A stretch of 64,000 bases of DNA from an uncultured delta proteobacterium (GCA_963771465.1 CAVYTU010000008.1:128001-192000), one strand, 5' to 3'. Positions 34,074 to 44,096 are shown, counted from the stretch's first letter. Made by a program: numbers and translations. The notes: a model not told the origin generated them from the sequence alone.

Positions 34074-35069
34074 TCACTGCAATTGCGCGAAGAAGCCTTT
34101 TTTGTCGAGCTCGGCGACGATGCTGCTGTCCATAAAATCGCCCGGCTTCTTATTCTTGAACAGCGGATCGGTGAACGCGATCGCTTCCAACTCCAACTGC
34201 ACCGCATCCTCGCGCGCGTAGGGCTTGCTCGGCATCTTACCGAACGCCGCGTCGTAGACGACCTCGAGCCGTTTCGGGTCGGTCACTTTCATATACTTGG
34301 TGATCATTCGATAGCCCATGGGGCGATTTCTTTTGCCTACGGCGATGGCTTCGCTGATCGCCATGAAGAATTGGCGCAACAGCTCGCGGCGATTTTTCAC
34401 GGTCTCGGCGCGCGCCGATAGATCGCCGACGGTATTGTAAATCTTCATTTCGTCGAGATCGGCCAACATTTCCAGTTTCACCTTGGCCTGAGTCTCGGCG
34501 GCCAAAATACTTTCCGGGCTGCCGATGGTGGCGTCCATCCTCCCCTGGAGCATGAGCATGATGCGCTTGTCGGCTTCGCCGATGCCGGTGACGAGAATCT
34601 TGACGTCCTTATCCGGCGCGAGCCCGAGTTTCGACAGCGCACGGCGCAGCGCGAAATCGGTGCTGGCGCCGATACGGCTCGTGCCCACGGTCTTGCCGCG
34701 CAAATCGGTGACGCCTGGGTTAGCGATTAATTTGTAAATCGTGCCGCCGAAGCTACCGATGATGACGACCGGCAGTCCGCGCCCGGCAGCGACGATGGTT
34801 GACGAACCGGAACCGTTTACGACGTCCACTTCGCCGCTGACCAAGGCGCTGATCGCGGTATTGCCGGATGGGATGTTGATTAACTTGGCATCGAGGCCGT
34901 ACTTCTCGAAAATCTTGGCGTCTTGAGCGATCCACAGCGGCAAGCGAGTGCCCGACGCCGTCGCATAAGAAATCCGAATCGGCGCAAGCTGGGCCGCCGC
35001 GCGTTCCAACGGCGATGAGAAGCAGACCAAAATCAACGATAGCGTCAATGGAACCTTGCGGTGTCTCAT
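34074..35069 (-). CDS. ABC substrate-binding protein, NitT/TauT family
   Basis: PLWIAQD..IFEKYGL, DLRGKTVG, GLAPDKDV. Confidence 0.85.
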   Translation of the reverse strand: MRHRKVPLTLSLILVCFSSPLERAAAQLAPIRISYATASGTRLPLWIAQDAKIFEKYGLDAKLINIPSGNTAISALVSGEVDVVNGSGSSTIVAAGRGLPVVIIGSFGGTIYKLIANPGVTDLRGKTVGTSRIGASTDFALRRALSKLGLAPDKDVKILVTGIGEADKRIMLMLQGRMDATIGSPESILAAETQAKVKLEMLADLDEMKIYNTVGDLSARAETVKNRRELLRQFFMAISEAIAVGKRNRPMGYRMITKYMKVTDPKRLEVVYDAAFGKMPSKPYAREDAVQLELEAIAFTDPLFKNKKPGDFMDSSIVAELDKKGFFAQLQ

Positions 35070-35115
35070 ATACGCGTCCGAATCTACTTACACCTCACCC
35101 TTAACCCCTATCCAT

Positions 35116-36108
35116 TTATTTCCGATACAGCGCGTCGATAAACCCCTGCTTGTCCAATTTCTCGACGGTCTTGGTATTGATGAATTGGCCGGGAGTCGCT
35201 TTGCGCGCGTCCGCTCGTTTCGACCAGTCGAGAATGGTCTGAATGCCTTTTACCGATGGATACGGCTTTTCGTTGAGCAGCTTGACGTAGAAGCTGTAAC
35301 TCTCCTGGAGATCCTCGGCGTTTTCGATTTTCATGTATTTTTTTAGAATTGCCGGCGTCCTGACTTTTTCGGTCTTGTAGAAATGAATCCCTTCGATGAT
35401 CGACTTGATTACCGCCTCGGCGGCGACAGGCTCCGCTTCGAAGTACTTACGGCTGGTGATCAGCGCGGCGTTGGGCATCTCCGCGTCTTTCAATCCCGGC
35501 GCGTTTTCAAAAAATGTGTAGCCCGCCCGGCGCGCCGCCAGCGTGAACGGCGGCGTCAACGGCGCCGCGTCCACCTGGCCCAGTTGCAAAGCGGTATACC
35601 GGGTCGCCGTCGGACCGGTCGCCAGGTAACTCACATCGCGCTCGGGGTCCAATCCGGAAGCAGCGAGAATTATTTTCATGGTAAGAATCGCCGGACCGGC
35701 GAGACTGTTGACCGCGACCTTCTTGCCTTTGAGCTGGGCGATTTCTTTGATCTCGCGCCGGGCGACCAGGACTTGCGGCTCCTGATTGATTGGCGCCGCG
35801 ACGATATAAATCTCCGCGCCGCCGAGCACGGCATCGACCACTCCGCCGCCGCCGGCATTGATGAAGTTCACGTCGTTGCTCACCAGCGCCTGAGTCGCCA
35901 GAATGCCGCCGCGCATATAAACCAGCTGCGCATTGATGCCGTTTTTTCTAAAGATGCCGGTCTCTTTGGCGATCCACGCCGGCGAGTACTGCGGCGAAAT
36001 CGACGTGTAGGCGATGGTGACGTTGGTGAGCGGCGCTTGCGCCGCGAACGCCGCGCTGTGGGCGGCACCGAGAACGATCAGCAGGGAGACTAAGCAGCGC
36101 GTTTTCAC
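35116..36108 (-). CDS. ABC substrate-binding protein, NitT/TauT family
   Basis: PAWIAKETGIFRKNG, LKGKKVAV, GLDPERDV; GTG 36108 inferred as start (precedes signal peptide). Confidence 0.82.
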   Translation of the reverse strand: MKTRCLVSLLIVLGAAHSAAFAAQAPLTNVTIAYTSISPQYSPAWIAKETGIFRKNGINAQLVYMRGGILATQALVSNDVNFINAGGGGVVDAVLGGAEIYIVAAPINQEPQVLVARREIKEIAQLKGKKVAVNSLAGPAILTMKIILAASGLDPERDVSYLATGPTATRYTALQLGQVDAAPLTPPFTLAARRAGYTFFENAPGLKDAEMPNAALITSRKYFEAEPVAAEAVIKSIIEGIHFYKTEKVRTPAILKKYMKIENAEDLQESYSFYVKLLNEKPYPSVKGIQTILDWSKRADARKATPGQFINTKTVEKLDKQGFIDALYRK

Positions 36109-36124
36109 CGGAATATCCGCGCGC

Positions 36125-37007
36125 TCACGAGGACCGTTTGGCCTCGGCACGGCGCACGGCCTCCGCGATGGCGCGGCGCAGAATGGCGCCCAGGACCTTT
36201 TTCTTGTATCCCGCTGCGCCACGCATGTCTTCGATGGGGTCGGCGTCTTCTTGAATCAACTGCCCCGCCGCCGCGATCAATTCCTGGGTAATTTTTTTGC
36301 CGCGCAGCAAATCTTCCACCGCGACGCCTTTGGTCGGCACGGCATGGCCGCCGGTGACACCGATGCCCACCTCAGTGCAAATACCGCCATCGTCGAGACT
36401 CAGCTGCACCGCCGCGCTGGCGATGGCGAAGTCACCGGCAACGCGTTCAAGCTTTAAATAGACACCGGCGCTGCGCTGATCCAACCCGGGGAAAATCACC
36501 TCGGTCAAAATTTCATCGCTCGCCAGCGCCGTCGTATAGGCGAAGGTAAAAAACTCCGCCGCAGGAATGATCCGTTCGCCGCGCGGGCTCAAGCATTTCA
36601 ATCGCGCGTTGAGCGCCAGGATAACCGCGCCGTAGTCGCCGCAAGGATCGGCTTCCGCCAAGCCGCCGCCGATGGTGCCGCGGTTGCGCACCTGCACGTC
36701 ACCGATTTCACTCGCCGCTTCATGGAGCATGGGCAGTTTCTCGCCAATGAGCGAAGACTCCTCGATCTCGATGTGGCGCGTCATCGCGCCAATGTGAATC
36801 GCGCCGGCACTTTCGCGAATATAATCGAGATCGGCGATGCGGTGGATGTCGATCAAATATTTCGGCCGCGCCACGCGCAGTTTCATCATCGGCACCAAAC
36901 TTTGGCCGCCGGCCAAAAGCTTCGCGTCGTCGCCATGCTCGCAGCAGCAGCGCGATCGCTTCGTCGATGCCGCTCGGCTTGAGATATTCAAAAGTTACTG
37001 GATACAT
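36125..37007 (-). pseudogene. Molybdenum hydroxylase FAD subunit (CoxM/CutM-like) with one +1 frameshift near 36944
   Basis: MYPVTFEYLKP..EAIALL continues in another frame as EHGDDAKLLAGGQSL; VRNRGTIGG. Confidence 0.85.
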
Positions 37008-37010
37008 TTT

Positions 37011-38039
37011 TCACGTCGCCTTCCGGGTGTATTCGTAGCGCATCGGGTCCCATTTGCTGGCGCGGATTTCTTCGTAGGCTTTCTTGACGAAACTGAAATC
37101 GTAGACTTGATCGACGCTCACGGCGCCTTTCACTCGGGTCGGCGCGCCCATGGCGCGCATCTGCTCGCGCACCCGTTCGATATTGGCGACCATCGACTCC
37201 TCGCTCGCCTGGCCGATTTTGGCCAGATCGGAGGCTTCTTTATCGCGCTGGCGATGGATTTCCCGCGCCTCGTTAAAGTCGCTCAAGCGCAACAACTCCA
37301 TGACGAATCGAACCGCCTCGTTGGCATTGCGATAGGAAAAGATCTGCCCTTTGAGCGTCGCCCGCACCACGCGCTGGATCTCGTCCCGGGCGGTTTGAAT
37401 CTTGTCATCGGTGGTTTCCAGATTGGCGCTGAGCGCCGACACGTAGTCGCCGCTATAGGCGAGTATGCGAAAGCCCTTGGCTTGCAGTTGGCGCGCCATG
37501 CCGATGGATATCATCGTCGCGTCCACCGTGCCGGACACCAGCGCGCCGGAGCGCATCGACGGCTCGCCCAAGGCGCGCATCTGCACGGTGTCGAGTGCGA
37601 TGCCGTTTTTGATCAGCAATTCGCGCAGGAGCAACGTCGAGTTCCCCGACGCGTCGGAAGTGGCGATCACCTTGCCCGCCATTTGCTTCATGTGGGTGAT
37701 TTTCGGCGCGACCACGAGATATTGCGACGGCTTGTCGGTGCTGATTTGGATGATCTTCATGCGCGCGCCGCCGAGGATCGCCGGGATGGAACCGCCGTTA
37801 CCGTAGTCCACCGCGCCGCTGACGACGACCTGGGTGGTCACCGTGCCGCGGGTCACGATCACGTCGACATCAAATCCTTCCTCGCGATAAAAGCCGAACC
37901 GCTGGGCGATCAGGTAGGGGAGCAGCGCTTCGCCGGGCGCCTTGGAGGCGATGCGGATTTTTTTCAACGCCTCGGCGCCGAAGGCCGGCGCCAGCGCGCC
38001 GCAAGAAAGCAGGACCACGATAAACAATCGAATCATCAT
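37011..38039 (-). CDS. ABC substrate-binding protein, NitT/TauT family (tandem paralog 1)
   Basis: GFYREEG, VSGAVDY, GTVDAT. Confidence 0.82.
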   Translation of the reverse strand: MMIRLFIVVLLSCGALAPAFGAEALKKIRIASKAPGEALLPYLIAQRFGFYREEGFDVDVIVTRGTVTTQVVVSGAVDYGNGGSIPAILGGARMKIIQISTDKPSQYLVVAPKITHMKQMAGKVIATSDASGNSTLLLRELLIKNGIALDTVQMRALGEPSMRSGALVSGTVDATMISIGMARQLQAKGFRILAYSGDYVSALSANLETTDDKIQTARDEIQRVVRATLKGQIFSYRNANEAVRFVMELLRLSDFNEAREIHRQRDKEASDLAKIGQASEESMVANIERVREQMRAMGAPTRVKGAVSVDQVYDFSFVKKAYEEIRASKWDPMRYEYTRKAT

Positions 38040-38063
38040 GTCGGTATTACCTTCCTGCGCCGG

Positions 38064-39089
38064 CTATTTCTTCACGTAGTCGTAGCGCATGGCGTCCCAC
38101 TTGCTGGCTTGGATTTCTTCGTAAGCTTTCTTCACGAAACTGAAGTCGTAAACCTGATCGAGGCTAAGCTTTTCTTTGAACCGGGCGCCGGCCCCGACCA
38201 TTTTCATCTGATCGCGCACTCGTTCGATATTGGTCATCAACGCCTCATCCGAAGCTCTACCGACTTGGGCCAACTCGGACGCCTGCTTAACCCGCGCCGT
38301 CCAAATCTCTCTGGCTTCGTTGACGTTGGACATACGCATCACTTCCATGATGAACTTCATCGTCTCGTTGGCATTGCGATGAAAGTAGAGATGGCCCTTC
38401 AAAGTCGCCTTGACCACCCGATAGACTTCGGCGGGTGAATTTAGAATCTTGTCGTCGGTGCTCTCCAAATTCGCGCTCAACGACGAGACATGATCGCCGC
38501 TGTAAGCGAGAATGCGAAATCCTTTGCCCTCGGCTTGCTTGGCCAAACTGAAGGACGCCATGGTGGCATCCACGGCGCCGCTCATGAGCGCGCCATAGCG
38601 CACCGCCTGCTCGCCGAGGGGACGCATCTGCACGCTTTCCACGGCTACGCCGTTTTTCGAAAGCATCTCGCGCAGTAACAACGTCGAATTGCCCGACGCG
38701 TCGGACACCGCGATGGTTTTTCCGGCGAGTTGTTTCAGGTTGGTGATCTTCGCCGAGCTGACCAGATGTTGCGCCGGCTTATCGGTGTTGATCAGCAGAA
38801 TCTTGATCCGCGCGCCGCCGAGCATCGCCGGAATCGAACCGCCGTTGCTGTAATCCACCGCGCCGCTCACCACCACTTGAGTCGTCACCGTGCCGCGCGT
38901 CACGATGACGTCGACGTCGAGACCTTCCTCTCGGTAAAATCCCAGCCGCTGCGGGATCAGGTAGGGCAATAGCGTTTCGCCGGCGCCCTTGGAGGCAATT
39001 CGCAGTTTCTTGAGAGCGTCGGCCGCCAATGCGGGCGCGGCAATCGAAACAGAAATCACTAATAGCGCGATGAAGATTCTCCTCTTCAT
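38064..39089 (-). CDS. ABC substrate-binding protein, NitT/TauT family (tandem paralog 2)
   Basis: Long identical stretches with the neighbour (DVIVTRGTVTTQVVVSGAVDY); ATG 39089 with RBS GAGG. Confidence 0.82.
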   Translation of the reverse strand: MKRRIFIALLVISVSIAAPALAADALKKLRIASKGAGETLLPYLIPQRLGFYREEGLDVDVIVTRGTVTTQVVVSGAVDYSNGGSIPAMLGGARIKILLINTDKPAQHLVSSAKITNLKQLAGKTIAVSDASGNSTLLLREMLSKNGVAVESVQMRPLGEQAVRYGALMSGAVDATMASFSLAKQAEGKGFRILAYSGDHVSSLSANLESTDDKILNSPAEVYRVVKATLKGHLYFHRNANETMKFIMEVMRMSNVNEAREIWTARVKQASELAQVGRASDEALMTNIERVRDQMKMVGAGARFKEKLSLDQVYDFSFVKKAYEEIQASKWDAMRYDYVKK

Positions 39090-39129
39090 AAACTTTTCCT
39101 CAAGACTCGAAGTGGCTCCGCGAATCAAG

Positions 39130-39221
39130 GAAAATCTCCCCCGACCCCTCTTTTCCAAAGAGGGGCCAGGAATTGAAATCCGAAATCCCCCTTTGAAAAA
39201 GGGGGACAGAGGGGGATTTTC
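39130..39221. repeat. REP-like inverted doublet, copy 1
   Basis: AAATCTCCCCCGACCCCTCTTTTCCAAAGAGGGG ... CCCCCTTTGAAAAAGGGGGACAGAGGGGGATTT. Confidence 0.85.
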
Positions 39222-39332
39222 TTTGTGCGGCGATCGAACCGCTCTCAACAGCTTGTAATAATCCATTTGCGAATTCGCCTCTGCTTCGCTCGTCGAGCGG
39301 TCGACGCTGACACCGCCCGCGGTCGCTCGACC

Positions 39333-39432
39333 TCACGCCCTCGGCCCGGCGAAGATGCGCGCGAGGTTTTCTTTTGCGCCGAAGTAAACATCATCACCGT
39401 GTCCGACCAAGAGCCGTTCCAAATCCAGATTC
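39333..39432 (-). repeat. Duplicate of the last ~100 bp of the MBL-fold gene
   Basis: Near-identical to 39713-39812; own TGA stop instead of TAG. Confidence 0.92.
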
Positions 39433-39508
39433 TTGTCATCATAAGCTCTCCGTCATAACTCGCATTTACTTCGACGAGCGGTAATTACGTGGTCGTGTCA
39501 TCGTCGTG

Positions 39509-39595
39509 GAAAATCTCCCCTGGCCCCTCTTTTCCAAAGAGGGGTAATTGGAATCAGCTCCCCCTTTGAAAAAGGGGGATAGAGGGGGATTTTCT
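39509..39595. repeat. REP-like inverted doublet, copy 2
   Basis: AAATCTCCCCTGGCCCCTCTTTTCCAAAGAGGGG ... CCCCCTTTGAAAAAGGGGGATAGAGGGGGATTT. Confidence 0.85.
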
Positions 39596-39712
39596 TGGCA
39601 CAGCAAGCAAACCTTCCGCGACAACTCTTATTCATACCCACTCACTGTTCGAGCATGATTTGCACACCATGCAATCGAAATGGTCACCGCCGTCGATACC
39701 TTCGCTCACTAC

Positions 39713-40381
39713 CTAAGCCCTCGGCCCGGCGAAGATGCGCGCGAGGTTTTCTTTTGCGCCGAAGTAAACATCATCACCGTGTCCAACCAAGAGCCGTTCC
39801 AAATCCAGATTCATGCCGATCAGGCGCCGCACGCTTTCATGCGCCGCTTCGGGGTCGGAGGACAGATAGGTTGGCGACACCATCAAATGCTCGCCGGCGC
39901 TGACGATGGCGTCGCCGGCGATCATCGTCTTGATGCGCGGCAGATGCAGGCTGATATGGCCCGCGGTATGGCCCGGCGTATGAATGACGTTGATGCCGCC
40001 GCAGTCGGGCAAACGCTCGCCGCCTTTGACGATATGTTCGACGTCGTAGCCGGTCTGCTTTTGGATCGCCGGCATATCGAGCTCGTGGGCCAGCACGTCG
40101 AACTTGAGGATCTTTTTGAGTTTATTGAGCCCGCCGGTGTGATCGCCGTGGCGGTGGGTCAGCACGCAGAGCTTTAAATCTTCGTGTTTGTGATCCATGT
40201 CCTTGATGGCGTCCATAATAATATCCGCGTCGGCGTCCGACGCGCCGGTGTCGACCAAGATCACCCGGCGATCGTCGCCGGCGAGGAGAAAAGATTTAAC
40301 CACGCCGCGATGACCGACGGCGATCCTACAGGGAATGATTTTCACGCCGTCGATGGCAATGTCTTTGAGAATACTGACCAT
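39713..40381 (-). CDS. MBL-fold metallo-hydrolase
   Basis: LVDTG, THRHGDHTG, TPGHTAGH, AGD, VGHG. Confidence 0.9.
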   Translation of the reverse strand: MVSILKDIAIDGVKIIPCRIAVGHRGVVKSFLLAGDDRRVILVDTGASDADADIIMDAIKDMDHKHEDLKLCVLTHRHGDHTGGLNKLKKILKFDVLAHELDMPAIQKQTGYDVEHIVKGGERLPDCGGINVIHTPGHTAGHISLHLPRIKTMIAGDAIVSAGEHLMVSPTYLSSDPEAAHESVRRLIGMNLDLERLLVGHGDDVYFGAKENLARIFAGPRA

Positions 40382-40432
40382 GTTCTCGCTCCGCTCAAAA
40401 TCTCAAGCTCAGATTTTGAAATTTGAAATCTG

Positions 40433-40909
40433 TCATTTGGAATTTTCGAATGAGGCCGCCGCCTCTTTGATCGCCGCGACGATATTGCCGTAGCCGGTGC
40501 AGCGGCAAAGATTTCCCGAGATCGCTTTTTTGATCTGCTCGTCGTTGGGCTTGCTGTTTTTGGCTAGCAGGCCGTAAGCCGACATCAGCATGCCCGGAGT
40601 GCAGTAGCCGCACTCCACCGCGTCTTTATTCCAAAACGCCGCTTGCAGCGGATGCAGCCGTTTGTCCTCGGCCAAGCCTTCGACGGTGACGATTTCATCG
40701 CCGTCCGCCTGCACGGCGAAAACCATGCACGACTTCACCGCCGTACCGTTCCACATCACCGTACAGGCGCCGCAGCGGCCGACCACGCAGCCGAGGTGCG
40801 TGCCGGTCAGTCTCAAGCCATCGCGAAGGAAATGCGCCAGCAACGTGCGCGGCTCCGCCTCCCCCGCATAGGGCTTGCCGTTTACCGTCATAGAAATTGT
40901 TTTGGCCAT
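40433..40909 (-). CDS. Molybdenum hydroxylase 2Fe-2S subunit (CoxS/CutS-like)
   Basis: GCVVGRCGACTV, CGYCTPG, GNLCRCTGY. Confidence 0.93.
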   Translation of the reverse strand: MAKTISMTVNGKPYAGEAEPRTLLAHFLRDGLRLTGTHLGCVVGRCGACTVMWNGTAVKSCMVFAVQADGDEIVTVEGLAEDKRLHPLQAAFWNKDAVECGYCTPGMLMSAYGLLAKNSKPNDEQIKKAISGNLCRCTGYGNIVAAIKEAAASFENSK

Positions 40910-40913
40910 GGTT

Positions 40914-43280
40914 TTACTTCGCCTGCGCTTTCTCGATGAGGGCCAATATTCTGTCCGGCGTGAGCGGCGTGGCGCGAATTTTTACGCCCAGCGGGCTCAA
41001 CGCATCTTCCACCGCGTTGCACAGCGCCGGCGGCGGTCCGAGCATGCCGGTCTCGCCCGCGCCCTTGGCGCCCAGCGGCGTGAAGGGATTGGGCGTGACG
41101 ATATGTTCCAACATCAGCGGCGGCACCTCTTCGGCGGACGGCAGCCGGTAATCCATGAAAGTCGAAGTTAGCAACTGGCCGTCTTCGTCATAACGAATCT
41201 CTTCATAGAGCGCCGCGCCGATGCCTTGCATGATCGAGCCCTGCTGTTGGGTGTCGACGATCTGCGGGTTGATCATGTTGCCGCAGTCGTGCACCGTCGC
41301 GTAGTTGACGATCTTGATCATGCCGGTTTCCACATCGACGTCGACCACCGCGATCACCGCGGCGTAGGGATAACTGGAAAACGTATTCATGCGTCCCTTG
41401 GCGTCCGGCGTGTAGTCGATATTGGGATTGATGAAATAGCCGGTGACTTCCAAACCGGGCTCCATGTTTTCCGGCAATAGATGGATCGCGCCGTAGGCGG
41501 TGCGGACAATTTCCATGACCGCGATGGACTGCGCCGAATTTTCTTTCGCAAACACCTTGCCGGCGCCGATCTCCAGCTTTTCCGGAACGACATTCAACTG
41601 CCGCGCGGCGATGCCGAGCAGCTTGTCGCGCATCAGTTTGCCGGCCACCCACGCCGACGGCATGAGCACCACCGATGATCGGCTGCTGCCGGTGCCGAAA
41701 CCGTAGGGCGTCGGCAAGGTATCGCCGTGCACCACCGTGATCTTGTCGAAAGGAATTCCCGTTTGGCTCGAAACGATCTGCGCGATCGTCGTCTCATGTC
41801 CCTGCCCTTGCTCGCCCATGCTGGAAAAAACCGTCGCCGCGCCGGTGGGATCGATGCGCAGGCGGCACGACGCGTAACCGCCGGTGGCGTGGATGCGGCT
41901 CGAGCTGGTCGGTTCCATCACCAGCGCGACGCCGATGCCGCGATAGATGCCTTGCTTGCGCAGCTCGATTTGCTCGCTGCGTAACTTCTCGTACCCCGCC
42001 ATCTCGGCCGCGCGCTGCATGGCCAGATGATACTGGCCGCTATCATAAAGCGCACCGGTCGGGTTGCGATAGGGAAAGGCATCGGCGGGAATGAAATTTT
42101 TCATGCGAATGTCGATGGGGTCCATCTCCAATTCCCGCGCGGCGATATCGACCAGCCGTTCGAGAATATACGCCGCGTCGGCTTTGCCGATGCCGCGCAG
42201 CGATCCGTGGGTGGTCTTGTTGGTCGACACGCCGAAGGCCGTCACTTCGTAGTTTTGAATTTGGTAAACCCCGGTCATATAGAGCCAGGCGGCCTGGATC
42301 GAGTGATCGACGGTATAGGTCGAGCCCATGTCGGCGATGATCTTGTCGCGGATCGCCAGCATGGTGCCGTCTTTCTTGAGCGCCATCTCGACGTAATGAA
42401 TCTGATCGCGGCCATGGCGGCCGTTGCGCATATGCTCGACCCGGGTCTCGCACCATTTGATCGGCCGGTTCAAATCGCGCGACAGCAGCGGCAGCAATAA
42501 TTCTTCCTGGTAAGTTTGTATCTTGACGCCGAACGAACCGCCGACATCCGGCGCGATCACCCGGCATTTGCCCTCGGGGAATTCCATTATTTCGGCGATG
42601 CGCGATTTGAGCGAATGGGGATTGGCCGTCGCCGACCACATGGTCAGGCTGTCTTCGTCTTTATTGAAGTGCGCCAGATATGCGCGCGGCTCGATGGGGC
42701 ACGCGGTGATGCGGTGGCTGCGAATTTTCTCCTTGATGACGATTTCGGCATCTTGAAAAATCTTTTCAATGCCGTCTGTCGCGAAGTGATGCTTGTAGAC
42801 GATATTGCTGCCGACATCGTCGTGCACCGGCTGGGCGCCGGGCTCCATGGCCGCTTCGGTGTCGATGACCACCGGTAACATTGCATAGTCCACCGACACC
42901 GCCTCGGTCGCGTCTTCGGCGAGATAACGGTTGTCGGCGACGACCACCGCGACCGGCTCGCCGAAGTAACGCACCTTCTCCACCGCCAGCGGATAGAGCT
43001 TCACTTCACGCAAGAGCGAACTGCCACCAACCCGCAACGGCTTCACCCGCTTGGCGATCTCGGCGCCGGTATAAACCGCGCGCACGCCGGGCATCGTCCG
43101 CGCCGCCGTGACATCGATGGATTTTATCCGCGCGTGGGCGCAGGAGCTGCGCACAAACGATACATGCAGCGTCCCGGCCGGCAACAGATCGTCGACGTAG
43201 CGCCCGGTGCCGGTGATGAAGCGCTCGGTTTCTTTTCTACGAACTCGCTCGCCAATCGGCGGATGGATCGGAAATTCCAT
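40914..43280 (-). CDS. Molybdenum hydroxylase large subunit (xanthine dehydrogenase/CoxL-like family)
   Basis: TGTGRYVDD, GGSFGVK, GQGHET, DCGNMINP, AKGAGE; active-site loop SLRGIGK. Confidence 0.92.
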   Translation of the reverse strand: MEFPIHPPIGERVRRKETERFITGTGRYVDDLLPAGTLHVSFVRSSCAHARIKSIDVTAARTMPGVRAVYTGAEIAKRVKPLRVGGSSLLREVKLYPLAVEKVRYFGEPVAVVVADNRYLAEDATEAVSVDYAMLPVVIDTEAAMEPGAQPVHDDVGSNIVYKHHFATDGIEKIFQDAEIVIKEKIRSHRITACPIEPRAYLAHFNKDEDSLTMWSATANPHSLKSRIAEIMEFPEGKCRVIAPDVGGSFGVKIQTYQEELLLPLLSRDLNRPIKWCETRVEHMRNGRHGRDQIHYVEMALKKDGTMLAIRDKIIADMGSTYTVDHSIQAAWLYMTGVYQIQNYEVTAFGVSTNKTTHGSLRGIGKADAAYILERLVDIAARELEMDPIDIRMKNFIPADAFPYRNPTGALYDSGQYHLAMQRAAEMAGYEKLRSEQIELRKQGIYRGIGVALVMEPTSSSRIHATGGYASCRLRIDPTGAATVFSSMGEQGQGHETTIAQIVSSQTGIPFDKITVVHGDTLPTPYGFGTGSSRSSVVLMPSAWVAGKLMRDKLLGIAARQLNVVPEKLEIGAGKVFAKENSAQSIAVMEIVRTAYGAIHLLPENMEPGLEVTGYFINPNIDYTPDAKGRMNTFSSYPYAAVIAVVDVDVETGMIKIVNYATVHDCGNMINPQIVDTQQQGSIMQGIGAALYEEIRYDEDGQLLTSTFMDYRLPSAEEVPPLMLEHIVTPNPFTPLGAKGAGETGMLGPPPALCNAVEDALSPLGVKIRATPLTPDRILALIEKAQAK

Positions 43281-43332
43281 GGTGTCCTTGTTGGTTTATC
43301 GGTTTGAAAAGTTTCAATCACTCAAAACGGGG

Positions 43333-43504
43333 CAAATCCCCCTTAATCCCCCTTTTTCAAAGGGGGACACAAATGCAATGCGTGCTCACAGGGCAGCGTG
43401 CGACAGCCGCCGTTCCGATTCCTCCCTTTTGTAAAGGGAGGTTAGGAGGGATTTTCAGGCTTTGATTCATAATCATCTCAGGCTCTCATCCACCGCGCGA
43501 AAAA
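43333..43504. repeat. Direct repeat A: REP-like doublet plus DUF559 3' end
   Basis: AAATCCCCCTTAATCCCCCTTTTTCAAAGGGGGA...TCCCTTTTGTAAAGGGAGGTTAGGAGGGATTT...ATCTCAGGCTCTCATCCA. Confidence 0.9.
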
Positions 43505-43835
43505 TGACTTGTGTGACAGACTCCAGTTCCAACAGGACTTGCCGATCGTCGAAGCGCAATACTTTAAGCCCGCTCTCCTCCAGACTCTCGCTACGTTGTC
43601 TATCATATCGCGCTTGTGCGACGTCCAAATGGTGCGCGCCATCCACTTCGATCACCAGCCGCGCCGTCGGTGCATAGAAATCGACAATGTAGTTGCCGAT
43701 GGGTTTTTGCCGATAGAATTGAATGCCGAGGATTTGTTTTCCTCTCAGGCGACTCCACAGTCGTTGTTCCGCGTCGGTAAGGTGCGTTCGTAGCGTGCGC
43801 GCTCTCGTTTTGAGTTGTGGATTGTAATTGAGCAT
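43473..43835 (-). CDS. DUF559 (Vsr-like/YcjD) endonuclease domain protein
   Basis: ARTLR..TDAEQRLW..LR, FYRQKPIGNYIVDFY, LVIEVDGAHH, D..R..L...GLKVLRF. Confidence 0.92.
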   Translation of the reverse strand: MLNYNPQLKTRARTLRTHLTDAEQRLWSRLRGKQILGIQFYRQKPIGNYIVDFYAPTARLVIEVDGAHHLDVAQARYDRQRSESLEESGLKVLRFDDRQVLLELESVTQVIFRAVDESLR

Positions 43836-43839
43836 TCAA

Positions 43840-44011
43840 GAAAATCCCCCTTGGTCCCCCTTTTTCAAAGGGGGATAAACAAACAATGTGCGCTCGAAGG
43901 GTAATGTGCGACAGCCGGCGTTCCTATTCCTCCCTTTTGTAAAGGGAGGTTAGGAGGGATTTCAGGCTGTGATTCATAATCATCTCAGGCTCTCATCCAG
44001 CGCGCGAAAAA
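43840..44011. repeat. Direct repeat B: REP-like doublet plus orphan copy of the DUF559 3' end
   Basis: Diverged copy of repeat A, ~507 bp away. Confidence 0.9.
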
Positions 44012-44070
44012 ACCATCGCGTCCATCGCGTCGTCGGTCATGATCAAGAAACGATCGCCTTTTTGCACCAT
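43993..44070 (-). pseudogene. 25-codon gene stub cut off by repeat B
   Basis: AGGAG RBS then MVQKGDRFLIMTDDAMDAMV, running into the repeat and stopping. Confidence 0.55.
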
Positions 44071-44096
44071 GATGCACTCCTGGAGTTCGAGCCAAT

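Noticed and set aside
39245-39442. 65-aa ORF MMTRIWIWNG as a novel protein
   Set aside because: Chimera of a gene start fused out of frame to the duplicated MBL 3' end
40914-43280. Aerobic CO dehydrogenase (coxL)
   Set aside because: Lacks the AYxCSFR copper-binding loop (has SLRGIGK) and there are no cox accessory genes
39130-44011. Possible CRISPR array from the recurring palindromic repeats
   Set aside because: Units are inverted doublets at irregular spacing with variable sequence; no regular spacers and no cas genes
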